From an uncultured Ignavibacteriaceae bacterium (GTDB lineage: Bacteria > Bacteroidota > Ignavibacteria > UBA10030 > BY39), in assembly GCA_964437735.1 (NCBI GenBank), contig CAYTID010000004.1, positions 1,442 through 65,441 of the forward strand: a stretch of 64,000 nt of DNA. The letters are read 5' to 3'. The position numbers and the translations under genes are program-made. Each line of letters opens with the position of its first letter. Position 1 is the stretch's first letter. A model generated the notes under the pieces. That model was not told the origin of the DNA, searched no databases, and worked only from the letters and a program-made list of their open reading frames with translations. Positions 53,407 to 63,395 of the stretch are shown piece after piece.

Positions 53407-53907
53407 ATGAGTAGAATAATAAATGGGGATTTAATACCGGGTTTCGAAAATTTACCGGGCGTTGACGGAAAAAATTATAGTTTATCCGATTTTTCTAATA
53501 AAAAAATTCTTGTCATACTGTTGTCTTGCAATCATTGTCCTTATGTAAAAGCATACGAGGAGAGAATGATGGCTTTTCAAACTAAATATGATTCTGCGGA
53601 TATACAGCTTGTGGCAATCAATTCAAATGAAACTGAAAATTATCCGGATGATAATTTTGAGGAAATGGTTAAAAATGCTAAACAGAAAAACTTTAATTTT
53701 ATATATCTGAGAGATGATGATCAGTCGGTTGCGGATGTTTTTGGGGCTACACACACGCCGGAGTTTTTTGTTTTCGACAATAACTGGCAAAACCCCGGTG
53801 ATGTTAAAGAAAAATATCTTGAGGAAGCTGTCGAAGAGTTATTAATAAATGAAAAAGTAAGAATTCCCGAAACTTACTCGATCGGATGTACAATTAAGTG
53901 GAAATGA
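53407..53907 (+). CDS. Thioredoxin-fold protein (thiol-disulfide oxidoreductase-like)
   Basis: CxxC-type motif LSCNHCPYV in a thioredoxin-like context. Confidence 0.6.
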   Translation: MSRIINGDLIPGFENLPGVDGKNYSLSDFSNKKILVILLSCNHCPYVKAYEERMMAFQTKYDSADIQLVAINSNETENYPDDNFEEMVKNAKQKNFNFIYLRDDDQSVADVFGATHTPEFFVFDNNWQNPGDVKEKYLEEAVEELLINEKVRIPETYSIGCTIKWK

Positions 53908-53919
53908 TTAATAATAATT

Positions 53920-54426
53920 CTATAAAAGTACAACCCACTTTCCCTCAATATTACTGACCTCCCCGACATTTGTTTTTGTCCATTCATTTTCCACATCGAT
54001 GATGTCGATTTTATAATCATCGTCGTAAGTAATTACCTGTGCAATCCCGGAATTAATGATCATCCGTATGCAAAGTTTGCAAGGTTTGGCATTTGTCATT
54101 GTCATCCCGGTTTTTACATCAATTCCGACGAGGTATAATTTCGAGTTCAGCATATCAAAACGATTTGAATGGAGAATTGCATTTTGTTCAGCGTGAACGG
54201 AACGGCACCATTCGTAATGCTCGCCCGGTTTCGCGTTCCGCTCTTCACGCAAACAAAAATTTATATCAATACAATTCACGGTTCCTCTTGGTGCACCGCA
54301 ATAGCCCGTAGATAATATCTGGTCTGACTGAACTATCACAGCGCCGTATTTGCGGCGAAGACAAGTGCTCCGCTGTGAAACTTCGCTGGCAATGTTCAAA
54401 TAATATTCATCTTTTGAAATTCTCAT
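53920..54426 (-). CDS. Deoxycytidylate (dCMP) deaminase
   Basis: Zinc-binding HAEQNAI and PCKLCIRMI motifs of the CMP/dCMP deaminase fold. Confidence 0.88.
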   Translation of the reverse strand: MRISKDEYYLNIASEVSQRSTCLRRKYGAVIVQSDQILSTGYCGAPRGTVNCIDINFCLREERNAKPGEHYEWCRSVHAEQNAILHSNRFDMLNSKLYLVGIDVKTGMTMTNAKPCKLCIRMIINSGIAQVITYDDDYKIDIIDVENEWTKTNVGEVSNIEGKWVVLL

Positions 54427-54436
54427 GTAATGATAT

Positions 54437-54529
54437 TTAGTTATTCTTTTTTTCTATTAATCCCATAATCAATGTCCGGATTGAACACAATACCCCGATA
54501 AAAAATCCTATTTTAATAATTGTATTCAT
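54437..54529 (-). CDS. Candidate 30-aa single-TM peptide
   Basis: ORF MNTIIKIGFFIGVLCSIRTLIMGLIEKKNN preceded by a strong RBS, GGAGAGGG, 7 nt upstream. It lies between the Yip1-like gene and dCMP deaminase on the same strand. Confidence 0.35.
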   Translation of the reverse strand: MNTIIKIGFFIGVLCSIRTLIMGLIEKKNN

Positions 54530-54558
54530 GATTTCACCCTCTCCAAATTGCTGCAATT

Positions 54559-55326
54559 TTATCTGAGACCTATTCCCCCCAAAACAGAAACTATTACCCA
54601 TAGAATCCACAGACCGTATGTAATGGTCAAACCTGTTCTTGTTGATTTGTCGGTCAATTTTGCCAAACCAAAACCTAACAAACCATACTGCCATAGAGTA
54701 AAAATGTTTATCTGTGACATTAAAGAATGAAGCTTGTTATTAACGTCGAAGTCGTTTACGAAAATCAATCCTAATCCGGGGGAAGCAAACATAGAATCAA
54801 AAAAGTACATAAGCAGCATAGTAATTACTCCTCCGAAGATACTTATCATACTTACGAGACCGTATAATTCCAGAACTTTTGTATACCCGAGGCTGAATTT
54901 TAATCCTAATTTCATTATCAGAAATAAAATTAACGATACACCAAAAAATATTAAAGCCACCATAACAGCGGCAGATATTCCGCCAATAGCAATAAACATT
55001 ATTGGTCCGCTTTTTCGCATCCCTTCAGTATATTGGTCGGCTTGCTCATCTGACATCTTACCCTTTTCAACGTTTTCATAAATTTTTTCTGATTGCATGT
55101 CATAGATTTGTTCCCGTAAAATTTCATTATAGTACATGGCTGTTACCATAAATATTCCTAAGAACATACTTAATAAAAGTGGTACTACCCAGGAACTCGA
55201 TCTTACAGGATTCGCTTTCAGTTCATCTAGTAATTCGCCGGGGGATGCGAAAACATTTGTTATGCGGTTTGTCAGTGATGTAAATTCGGGGCTCTGGTTT
55301 TCTGATGGTTGTACAATTTGTTCCAT
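54559..55326 (-). CDS. Yip1-domain-like polytopic membrane protein
   Basis: Five predicted TM helices with a soluble N-terminus. The family call is tentative. Confidence 0.45.
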   Translation of the reverse strand: MEQIVQPSENQSPEFTSLTNRITNVFASPGELLDELKANPVRSSSWVVPLLLSMFLGIFMVTAMYYNEILREQIYDMQSEKIYENVEKGKMSDEQADQYTEGMRKSGPIMFIAIGGISAAVMVALIFFGVSLILFLIMKLGLKFSLGYTKVLELYGLVSMISIFGGVITMLLMYFFDSMFASPGLGLIFVNDFDVNNKLHSLMSQINIFTLWQYGLLGFGLAKLTDKSTRTGLTITYGLWILWVIVSVLGGIGLR

Positions 55327-55396
55327 TATCTCTCCTTTTGTTTTTTACAAAATAATAAAAAACAAACGGAGTGTCAATAAAAATTTATAGAATTAA

Positions 55397-56644
55397 TTAC
55401 CATCTTCTTGGAACATTCTTGACGCATCTGACTGTATCTCTGCCAATAAGTAATTCTTCGTTTGTCGGAATGACAAATGCTTTTAAGCGGGAATCAGGAC
55501 TTGAAATTTCTCCTTCTTTACCGTTAATAGTCTGATTATTAAGTTTTTTATCGAGTGTTAGACCGAACCATTCAAGTCCGTCACAAATCCTCTTTCTGAT
55601 TTCAGGACTATTCTCACCAATACCACCCGCGAACAAAATGGCGTCGGCGCCCTTCATTTCAGCAAGATATGCCCCTATATATTTTTTCGCCCTTCCGCTG
55701 AATATCTCAATCGCTAATCGGGCTCTCCTGTCCTGATGTTCCTTTTCTTCAGCAATTAAATCTCGCATGTCATTTGTAAGTCCTGATAATCCAAGCAGAC
55801 CGGATTGCTTATTCAGCACGGTGTCAATTTCATTAAACGACATTCCCTCTTTATGATGAAGAAATTCAATGATCGCAGGGTCTAAATCTCCTCCGCGGGT
55901 ACCCATAACCAAACCTTCAAGCGGAGTTAATCCCATTGAAGTATCTATTGACTCCCCCGATTTCACAGCACAGGCGGAACAACCATTGCCAAGATGCAAA
56001 GTAATCACATTCACTTTTTCCCGTTTGATGCCAACAAGTTGACGGTACCGGTAAGCGATGTACCTGTGTGATGTTCCATGGAATCCATACTTTCTGATTT
56101 TATGCCTACGATAAAGTTGATAAGGGATAGCATACAAATAAGAAGTTTCAGGCATTGTCGAATGAAATGCGGTATCGAATACAGCGATCTGAGGAACTCC
56201 GGGTCCCAGAAGTTCTTTTGCCGCTAAAATACCTTTTAGATTCGCCGGATTATGCAATGGCGCTAACTCTATACAGTCTTCTATTCCGTCAATAACTTTA
56301 TCGTCGATAAGTACCGACATAGTAAATTTTTCAGCGCCGTGAACTACCCTATGTCCGACTGCATGAATATCAGCGAGAGAACTTATTCCCTTAATTTTAG
56401 ATTCAGGACTGATGATCCATCTTAAAATATAATCCAGCGCAGCCCTGTGGTCGCGTATCGGAACTGCCTGTTTGATTTTTGGCTGCCCTTCGGCTTGTAA
56501 AGTTATCAGTGATTGTGTGCCGATTCGTTCGAGAATACCACCGGCTAATCGCTTATCTTCATTTTTTTCTATTAGATCCAGATCGGTATGTATGATCTGA
56601 AATTTAACTGAGGATGATCCACAGTTAATTACTAGTACATTCAT
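55397..56644 (-). CDS. ackA: Acetate kinase
   Basis: MNVLVINCGSSSVKFQII and the conserved ASKHS-fold blocks (HLGNG, GIGEN); 415 aa. Confidence 0.93.
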   Translation of the reverse strand: MNVLVINCGSSSVKFQIIHTDLDLIEKNEDKRLAGGILERIGTQSLITLQAEGQPKIKQAVPIRDHRAALDYILRWIISPESKIKGISSLADIHAVGHRVVHGAEKFTMSVLIDDKVIDGIEDCIELAPLHNPANLKGILAAKELLGPGVPQIAVFDTAFHSTMPETSYLYAIPYQLYRRHKIRKYGFHGTSHRYIAYRYRQLVGIKREKVNVITLHLGNGCSACAVKSGESIDTSMGLTPLEGLVMGTRGGDLDPAIIEFLHHKEGMSFNEIDTVLNKQSGLLGLSGLTNDMRDLIAEEKEHQDRRARLAIEIFSGRAKKYIGAYLAEMKGADAILFAGGIGENSPEIRKRICDGLEWFGLTLDKKLNNQTINGKEGEISSPDSRLKAFVIPTNEELLIGRDTVRCVKNVPRRW

Positions 56645-56765
56645 TATTATGCTCCATTGATTATTTGTTTCGAAAGGACTGGTGTAACCTGATGACTAAA
56701 TATAAGGATTTTTAATAATAAAATGAAATTCAGTAATTTAAACTATAGAGCATAATTGTTTATTT

Positions 56766-58202
56766 TTAAAACGGACGGCTCATTCTGAAAAATATACTTA
56801 CGGGCGATTTTACGTCGGTTTTCCAGGCGAATCCCAGTCTGTACTTCCCGTCCCGTGAACTCAATGCAAATCCCAAATCGGTCTTTAAATTATTAATTTT
56901 TAGGTCGTTAAATCCTTTATCAAATGAAATATTGTCGGCGACAGCGTTGATATATCCTGCATCATAAAACAATATCAGGTTAATCGACTTAAGTATTGAA
57001 AGAGGAAAGCCTGCATCTTCAGTTACCATTTTTCCATTGATAATATATTCGAGGTTTGCGAGTAAAAATCTGTTTCCGGAAAATTGCTTGAATGCGTAAG
57101 CAGGTAATGTGCTCACACCGCCCAATTCATATGCACGCTGGAGAGGTAAATATCCGTCGGAACTTGCCGCGCGTAATCTTAAATTTATATTATCAAATTT
57201 GCTTAGGGGTTGATAACGCCTGACGTCAAGAACATACCTGTTAAAATCATTATTTCCCTTTAATGCTTTACCGGCAAACTCAGTGCTTAACGAAAAACTC
57301 CAACCCGCAAGATGGGTTCTGCTTTCATCCAATTTGTGCATGTCGAATGTAAATATGATGCTGCGGATTTGGCTATTGTCGATAGCAGGATTTTCACGGA
57401 ACGATTGGTTTGGCCTGAATAGTGACCAACCGACATTATTCTGTAAGGAAGTATAATCGTCATTAGCGTAGGTCAGCTTCAGCTGCATATCGGCGAAAGA
57501 ACTGCGCGTATACATCCCCATCCAGGACGAAAAACCTTGACGGAGAAAATAATCCCGGTAATCATAGCGGGCGAAAAGAGCGTTTAATGAATTCTCTAAA
57601 TTCCCGATCAGCCAGTGATCACGTGTGTCAACAATATCATGTCCCTCGATTCCCAACTCAAGCAAAACATTTTTAAATCCGAATTGTTGGGCTAACCCAA
57701 CATCGAATTGCCATCGGTGTGTACCAAACCCATATCCGAGGGAGCCGGAAACCGACAAAGACCTTTCTTTTTCCCAATAAAAATTTCGAGGCGAGCGAAA
57801 GCCCAACAATAAACCTTCAACACGATTATATCTGAAAATAAATTTATCATTCAGGTTTTCTAATAATGCCTGTGCCGAATAATTTCTCGGGACTCCTTGG
57901 TCCAAAGGAAATGCGTACAAACTTAGTTTTCTGACTTTATGCTGTTTTTTATCCGAACGATCTGTTGTATTTTGCTCTGGCTCATCATTCTCTATTGAAT
58001 CTGATTTTTCTGGGACATTCTCTTCATCCTCTTCATAAATCGGAACGCCAACCTCCCGTTCTACCTGACGGAAAGCATCATCGACTATTTTTTCGATCGC
58101 TGATTTAAAACGCTTCTTTTCTTTTTCATCTCCTTCAGATTTTTGTCCGAATGAGGAAGAGGAAAGTAAAATAACAGCAGCAAATAATATTATTATTTTC
58201 AT
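56766..58202 (-). CDS. Predicted outer-membrane β-barrel protein (Omp85/surface-antigen-like) with an acidic low-complexity N-terminal region
   Basis: Signal peptide, an acidic linker rich in Glu and Asp, alternating hydrophobic β-strand pattern, and a C-terminal …FRMSRPF ending in Phe. It lies 13 bp downstream of the repeat lipoprotein gene. Confidence 0.45.
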   Translation of the reverse strand: MKIIILFAAVILLSSSSFGQKSEGDEKEKKRFKSAIEKIVDDAFRQVEREVGVPIYEEDEENVPEKSDSIENDEPEQNTTDRSDKKQHKVRKLSLYAFPLDQGVPRNYSAQALLENLNDKFIFRYNRVEGLLLGFRSPRNFYWEKERSLSVSGSLGYGFGTHRWQFDVGLAQQFGFKNVLLELGIEGHDIVDTRDHWLIGNLENSLNALFARYDYRDYFLRQGFSSWMGMYTRSSFADMQLKLTYANDDYTSLQNNVGWSLFRPNQSFRENPAIDNSQIRSIIFTFDMHKLDESRTHLAGWSFSLSTEFAGKALKGNNDFNRYVLDVRRYQPLSKFDNINLRLRAASSDGYLPLQRAYELGGVSTLPAYAFKQFSGNRFLLANLEYIINGKMVTEDAGFPLSILKSINLILFYDAGYINAVADNISFDKGFNDLKINNLKTDLGFALSSRDGKYRLGFAWKTDVKSPVSIFFRMSRPF

Positions 58203-58215
58203 AAAACAACTCCGG

Positions 58216-60000
58216 TCATTCTTTATAAAGTGTTATTCCCCAATATTGTGCATCCTCAGGGGCGTTATCGTTCCATCTGTTGTAAGAATGCGAATCATCA
58301 GATTTATAACGAACTCGGTATTCTCCTTTATCAAGCAGGATTGTAGTGTTTAATACTCTGTTTTTTCTTGCTCCGCCTGCATGGAAAGTCATTGAATAAG
58401 TCATTTCCCAGACGACCTTGTTGGAATTTACGTCTTCAATTAATCCATAATCAAACATCTCATTTCGGAATCCTTCACCGATAGAATAAATTCTTATCCT
58501 TGTTGGTTCAGTGAGTTTGAAAGTTTCGGATAGATTTGCATTGTCCTTGACACGTATAATTTGGGCAAGTATGTTTTTGTCTCTCTCTTCAATATATTTA
58601 CCGACGCTACTGATATCAAAATCTTCATCTGCGGCGTAGATAGTAATACCCCAGTTTTCCGGATTGCGCGGCGGCGGAACATTCCAATCCTTATATGAAT
58701 GGGAGTCATCAGTCTGATAAAAAACTATGTAATTTCCCGGCGGCAGAGTTATAATTTCGTCAACCATTCTGTTTTTTGAACCGCCTCCGGCATGTATTGA
58801 TTTATCGACATCCATTTCCCAAACTTTTTCACGTGTCTTTGAGTTTATGATCCATCCGAAATCAGCCATCTGTCGCCGTGAGCTGTATCTTTCTCCCAAA
58901 GCCACAATCCGGATTCTGGTCTCTTTTTTCAGCGTGATTCCCTCGCTGAAAGTTTCGTCATTGCCGACTTTTGTGATTGATACAATCACATTTTTATTTT
59001 CTTTCGGAGTGAAAAGGGTTACAGCGTCGCTGTCTTTATTGTCTGTTAACATCAGCGTTATTCCATAATTGAGCGGATCGTCCGGCGGAGCGTCATTCCA
59101 ATCAAGATATGAATGAGAATCATCGGTAAAATAATATACAACATAATTTCCGGCATCGAGATTTACGACTTTTTCAAATTTTAAATTTTTTGAAGCTCCG
59201 ACCGCTTCGGTCACATTTTTCCGGTTCATTTCCCAGATTCTTGTGCGGCTCTTTTGATTTAAAATGTATCCATAGTCTGCCAACTCTTGTCCGCGGAGTC
59301 CTTCTCCCAAAGCATAGACCTGAATTGAAACAGGTTTCGACAGAGAAAAGCCTTGTCTGACGTTTTCATTTTCCCCAAGGTTTACTGCTTTAAATAAAAC
59401 ATTTTTAAATTCCTTCGGAGGATTGAACATTGAAACCTGAGTTGTATCGTCAACGAAAATGTCTATACCCCATTTTTTTGATCGATAGTTCCACTCATCG
59501 TATATATCGGCGCCAAACCAATCCTCAAGCCAGGAAAAAAACTTTCCGTAGCTTCCGCCAAAATCTATGAGATGGTCACGTTTACGGTGGTCAATGTTCA
59601 TGCGTATATTTGAAAAAAGAGTTTGATAATGAAAATAACAGGCGGAGAAATAGACCTCGTAAGAGCCTTGCGATAGGTATAAGTAGTCATCAAACTTTCG
59701 TTCGTCGCCGGAAAAGCTGCTGTTGTCGACTGTTAACATCCACACTTTTTCGCGAGTATCGGAATTAATGATCCATCCGTATGCAAACATTGGCATGGAC
59801 GATTCGTATTTTTTCCTTTCAGAAGCGGCTCCTGTTGCTTTAATGTGTAATGTTGCATCTTTTGGCAGCGTGAATCCTCCGGTTTTTAATTCTGTACGAC
59901 TAAAATCTTTAAGCCTGATTATGTTCCGTTCGCCTGTAAAGCCATCACAGGAAAGTATGAGTGTAATTATTCCAACTATTAAGCTAAACTTATTTATCAT
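58216..60000 (-). CDS. Lipoprotein with four tandem ~125–165-aa internal repeats of unknown function
   Basis: Lipobox LILSCDG. Repeats at residues ~24–190, 196–320, 335–458 and 474–594, each with a GEG…WEM…DDSHSY-x-WN-…-WGIT(L/I) signature (DDSHSY at residues 293, 431 and 568). Confidence 0.6.
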   Translation of the reverse strand: MINKFSLIVGIITLILSCDGFTGERNIIRLKDFSRTELKTGGFTLPKDATLHIKATGAASERKKYESSMPMFAYGWIINSDTREKVWMLTVDNSSFSGDERKFDDYLYLSQGSYEVYFSACYFHYQTLFSNIRMNIDHRKRDHLIDFGGSYGKFFSWLEDWFGADIYDEWNYRSKKWGIDIFVDDTTQVSMFNPPKEFKNVLFKAVNLGENENVRQGFSLSKPVSIQVYALGEGLRGQELADYGYILNQKSRTRIWEMNRKNVTEAVGASKNLKFEKVVNLDAGNYVVYYFTDDSHSYLDWNDAPPDDPLNYGITLMLTDNKDSDAVTLFTPKENKNVIVSITKVGNDETFSEGITLKKETRIRIVALGERYSSRRQMADFGWIINSKTREKVWEMDVDKSIHAGGGSKNRMVDEIITLPPGNYIVFYQTDDSHSYKDWNVPPPRNPENWGITIYAADEDFDISSVGKYIEERDKNILAQIIRVKDNANLSETFKLTEPTRIRIYSIGEGFRNEMFDYGLIEDVNSNKVVWEMTYSMTFHAGGARKNRVLNTTILLDKGEYRVRYKSDDSHSYNRWNDNAPEDAQYWGITLYKE

Positions 60001-60250
60001 AAATTATTCCTGTTAAAAAATCTACAAAATATACGAGAGCACTATTAATTAGTTTCGACTAAATTAAACACTTATTTTTTTAAAATATGATTATTTGTTA
60101 AAATCGAAGGTTTTTTTTATAATTAAAATATCATGTTTGTAAGACGATAATCGCATTGTTCATAAAATCATTAACCCGTCAGAAAATAATCTATTTGATT
60201 AACCGAAAGATATGTTTACTAAACATATTTTCACAGCAAATAAAGGAAAA

Positions 60251-60844
60251 ATGATGAAAAAAGCACAAATTTTCTCTATATTATTACTAATTATAAGTTA
60301 TAATGGATATTCTCAGGAGGAAACTCTTTTAGGTGATAAGGAAATAACACACACGGGATTTGGCGGACCGGTATTTAAATTTTCGCACGTAAATAAAAAT
60401 TTTGCTCTCTTTATCGGTGGCAGAGGCGGATGGATAATTAACCATACATTTGTTATTGGCGGCGGGGGGTATGGTCTGGTAAACAATATTCCCGGCAACA
60501 TAAAAATAAACGGAGAAACACCGATCATGAATTTTGGTTACGGAGGATTGGAACTGGAATACATCAGCGATTATAAAAAACTTCTACATTATACAATCCA
60601 AACTTTAATCGGAGCCGGGGGGGTCGGTTACCGCACTCGCGATAACCGCCAACATCATATGCACGACAACGCATTTTTTGTTTTTGAACCGGCAGTTCAT
60701 CTTAATTTGAATATTGCTCACTTTATGCGGGCAGGGTTGGGAGTCAGTTACAGAATTATCCTAGGTGTTGATTATGATGAATTAAGAAACCGGGACTTAT
60801 CGGGATATTCAGCGAATTTAACACTGAAGTTCGGTAAATTTTGA
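60251..60844 (+). CDS. Small outer-membrane β-barrel protein (OmpA-like)
   Basis: Signal peptide MMKKAQIFSILLLIISYNGYSQ, Gly-rich alternating β-strands, and a C-terminal …KFGKF. The ORF is open from 60212. Confidence 0.5.
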   Translation: MMKKAQIFSILLLIISYNGYSQEETLLGDKEITHTGFGGPVFKFSHVNKNFALFIGGRGGWIINHTFVIGGGGYGLVNNIPGNIKINGETPIMNFGYGGLELEYISDYKKLLHYTIQTLIGAGGVGYRTRDNRQHHMHDNAFFVFEPAVHLNLNIAHFMRAGLGVSYRIILGVDYDELRNRDLSGYSANLTLKFGKF

Positions 60845-60877
60845 TTTTTTTTAAACTTAATTGAAAAAGAAAAGCGA

Positions 60878-62314
60878 ATGAAAACTAAAATTAAAATCAA
60901 ATTTAAATCTACGATTGGACTCCTGTTAATTATTATTTATGTTGTCGGAGCAAGTTCACAAACCAGAAATCTTACACTCGACGACGCAATTAATGCTGCT
61001 CTTAAAAATAATCGCGATATCAACATCGCCAATCTAAACGTTAAAAAAGCCGATGAAGCTGTCGGGGAAGCATATGGTTATGCTTTACCAAGCGTTGACC
61101 TCCTCGGCAATATTTCGCACTTCATGGAAAAGCCTAAAATTCCGTTTCCCGATTTTTCTGCCCTTTTGGGGAACGCCACGTACTCAATATTGTTTGATGA
61201 AGGGGTAATCCCGCGGAATGAAGATAAATTCAAACCAGTTGCAACGTCACTGCAATCATTCGTACAGACGAATAGTTATGAAGCAAAGCTGCAAGTAACC
61301 CAAACGTTATTTAATTCAACGGTGTTCAGAGGTATCGGTGCATCTCAAATTTATCTCGACTTGTCAAAGGAAGAGTTAAAGAGAACGGTTTCAGCAACAA
61401 TATTAAATGTACAAAAAGCTTTCTACAGTGTTCTGCTCACCAGGCAGTTATTTAATATTACGAAAGCTGCATATGATAACGCAGAAGACAACTTAAACAA
61501 TGTCAAAGCTCTCCACAAGCAGGGATTTGTCGCAGAGTTTGATCTGCTTCAGGCGGAAGTCCGCGTTGAAAATATCAGACCGGCAGTTATACAAATGGAA
61601 AACACATACCGGAACTCTATTAACGGTTTAAAAATTGTTTTGGGAATAAATCAACGGGATGAAATTGATGTAGTCGGAGAAATTGCCTACAAAAATCAGA
61701 ACCAATATGATGAAATCGAAGCTGTTGAAACGGCGCTGGAATTTAATTACGGAATCCGTGCTCTTGATCTTAAAAAACAGGTAGATGAAGAATATATAGC
61801 TTTGTACAAATCAGAATTCTGGCCTACAATTTATGCCTTCGGTAATTATACCTATGCCGGATCAGCAGATAAGTTTAAGTTTCAGAATTATTCATCTTCA
61901 ATAGTCGGATTAACTTTTTCGATGAATCTCTTTTCCGGATTGCAATCAGCCCGCAGGGTTGAACAATCTCAGATTAATGTTAAGCAGACGGAGCAGCAAT
62001 TGCTTCAATTAATAGATTTTATTTCGTCTGAAGTTAAGGCGAAGATTAAAGAAATAAACCGCGTTCAAAATATTATCAGCGCTCAGGAAAGAAACGTAAC
62101 AGTTGCTGAAAAAGCTCACGAAATTGCAGTTGTCAGGTATAAAGAAGGAACGGGTAATCAGCTCGAAGTACAAAACGCCGACATCTCTCTTAAACAGGCG
62201 CGGACAAATAAACTCCAATCTGTTTATGATCTTATTATTGCAAAAGCGGAGCTTGATCAAATGCTTGGCAGGGTAGACACAAAATATATGAACCAATTTA
62301 AAAATGAAAATTAA
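60878..62314 (+). CDS. TolC-family outer-membrane efflux channel
   Basis: 478 aa with a signal peptide and two repeated coiled-coil/β halves typical of outer-membrane factors. It is the first gene of an OMF–MFP–RND operon. Confidence 0.8.
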   Translation: MKTKIKIKFKSTIGLLLIIIYVVGASSQTRNLTLDDAINAALKNNRDINIANLNVKKADEAVGEAYGYALPSVDLLGNISHFMEKPKIPFPDFSALLGNATYSILFDEGVIPRNEDKFKPVATSLQSFVQTNSYEAKLQVTQTLFNSTVFRGIGASQIYLDLSKEELKRTVSATILNVQKAFYSVLLTRQLFNITKAAYDNAEDNLNNVKALHKQGFVAEFDLLQAEVRVENIRPAVIQMENTYRNSINGLKIVLGINQRDEIDVVGEIAYKNQNQYDEIEAVETALEFNYGIRALDLKKQVDEEYIALYKSEFWPTIYAFGNYTYAGSADKFKFQNYSSSIVGLTFSMNLFSGLQSARRVEQSQINVKQTEQQLLQLIDFISSEVKAKIKEINRVQNIISAQERNVTVAEKAHEIAVVRYKEGTGNQLEVQNADISLKQARTNKLQSVYDLIIAKAELDQMLGRVDTKYMNQFKNEN

Positions 62315-62332
62315 AAATCTCAGGAGAATTTT

Positions 62333-63382
62333 GTGATGTTAAAAAATACAATAAAAATATTTATGAATCTGATTGCAATCGTTTCTGTATTAGTATTTAC
62401 GCAAGGATGTGGAAGCGACTCTAAAGATTCCGCGAAAAGCATGGAACAGATTCAGGAGGAAATGGGAATCCCGGTTAAAATCGCTGTGATCGAAACCCGC
62501 CCATTCAATAAATATTTAAGTTTTTATTCAAAATTATCCGGTGTTCAGGAAGCCACAAAGATGTCATTGATAGGCGGGAAAATTGAAAAGATTTACGCCA
62601 AAGCCGGCGATTATGTAAAAGAACATCAGGTTATTGTTGAATTTGCGAAAGATAATCCAAAGACACAATACGAACAGACGAAAACTGCATTTGAAAATTC
62701 AGAAAAAATTTATCAGCGCACAAAAGCTCTATATGACGCGGGTGAATCCTCTGAGGCAAATTTTGATGCAGTTCAAACGCAATACTTTGTCAACAAACAT
62801 AACTATGAATCTCAACGGCAGATGCTTTTTATTGAATCACCATTTAACGGATATGTCGTTGATATGAAAGTGAATGAAGGGGACAACGTCAAATCTGATA
62901 TCTATCTATTTACCGTAGCCAATATAAGCAAGATGAGAGGGAGGATTTGGGCATCTTCCGACGAGATAAGTAATATCCGCAAAGGGATGACGGCGCTGGT
63001 TGAATTAAATGGAAAAAATTTTACGGGTAAAGTAATGGAAATTTCCCTGGCGGCAGATCCCGAAAAACAAGCTTTCTATGCCGAAATCGAATTTGATAAT
63101 TCTCACGGGGAATTAAAAAGCGGTATCACGGTTGAAATAAAAATACTTATTTATGAAAATCCGAATGCTATAATTATACCCGGAAATCTTGTAATGAATG
63201 ACAATCAGGGGAGTTATGTATTTGTTGAAAGTAATTTAATTGCAAAGAAAAAATATATTACCAATGGAACTGGCAGCGGAATCGATTATGAAGTAAAAAG
63301 CGGACTGACAAGCGGAGATAATTTAATAACCCATGGATCGGCTCAGGTGAGCGACGGCGGTAAAGTTAGAGTAATAGACTGA
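62333..63382 (+). CDS. RND efflux membrane-fusion (HlyD-family periplasmic adaptor) protein
   Basis: Lipoprotein-like N-terminus (FTQGCGSD) with coiled-coil, lipoyl and β-barrel domains, located between the TolC and RND genes. Confidence 0.8.
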   Translation: MMLKNTIKIFMNLIAIVSVLVFTQGCGSDSKDSAKSMEQIQEEMGIPVKIAVIETRPFNKYLSFYSKLSGVQEATKMSLIGGKIEKIYAKAGDYVKEHQVIVEFAKDNPKTQYEQTKTAFENSEKIYQRTKALYDAGESSEANFDAVQTQYFVNKHNYESQRQMLFIESPFNGYVVDMKVNEGDNVKSDIYLFTVANISKMRGRIWASSDEISNIRKGMTALVELNGKNFTGKVMEISLAADPEKQAFYAEIEFDNSHGELKSGITVEIKILIYENPNAIIIPGNLVMNDNQGSYVFVESNLIAKKKYITNGTGSGIDYEVKSGLTSGDNLITHGSAQVSDGGKVRVID

Positions 63383-63395
63383 GAGGAATCTGAAG

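Noticed and set aside
55332-55371. A/T-rich inverted repeat downstream of ackA
   Set aside because: The stem is almost entirely A:T with no clear T-tract on the ackA-sense strand, so it is too weak to call a terminator.
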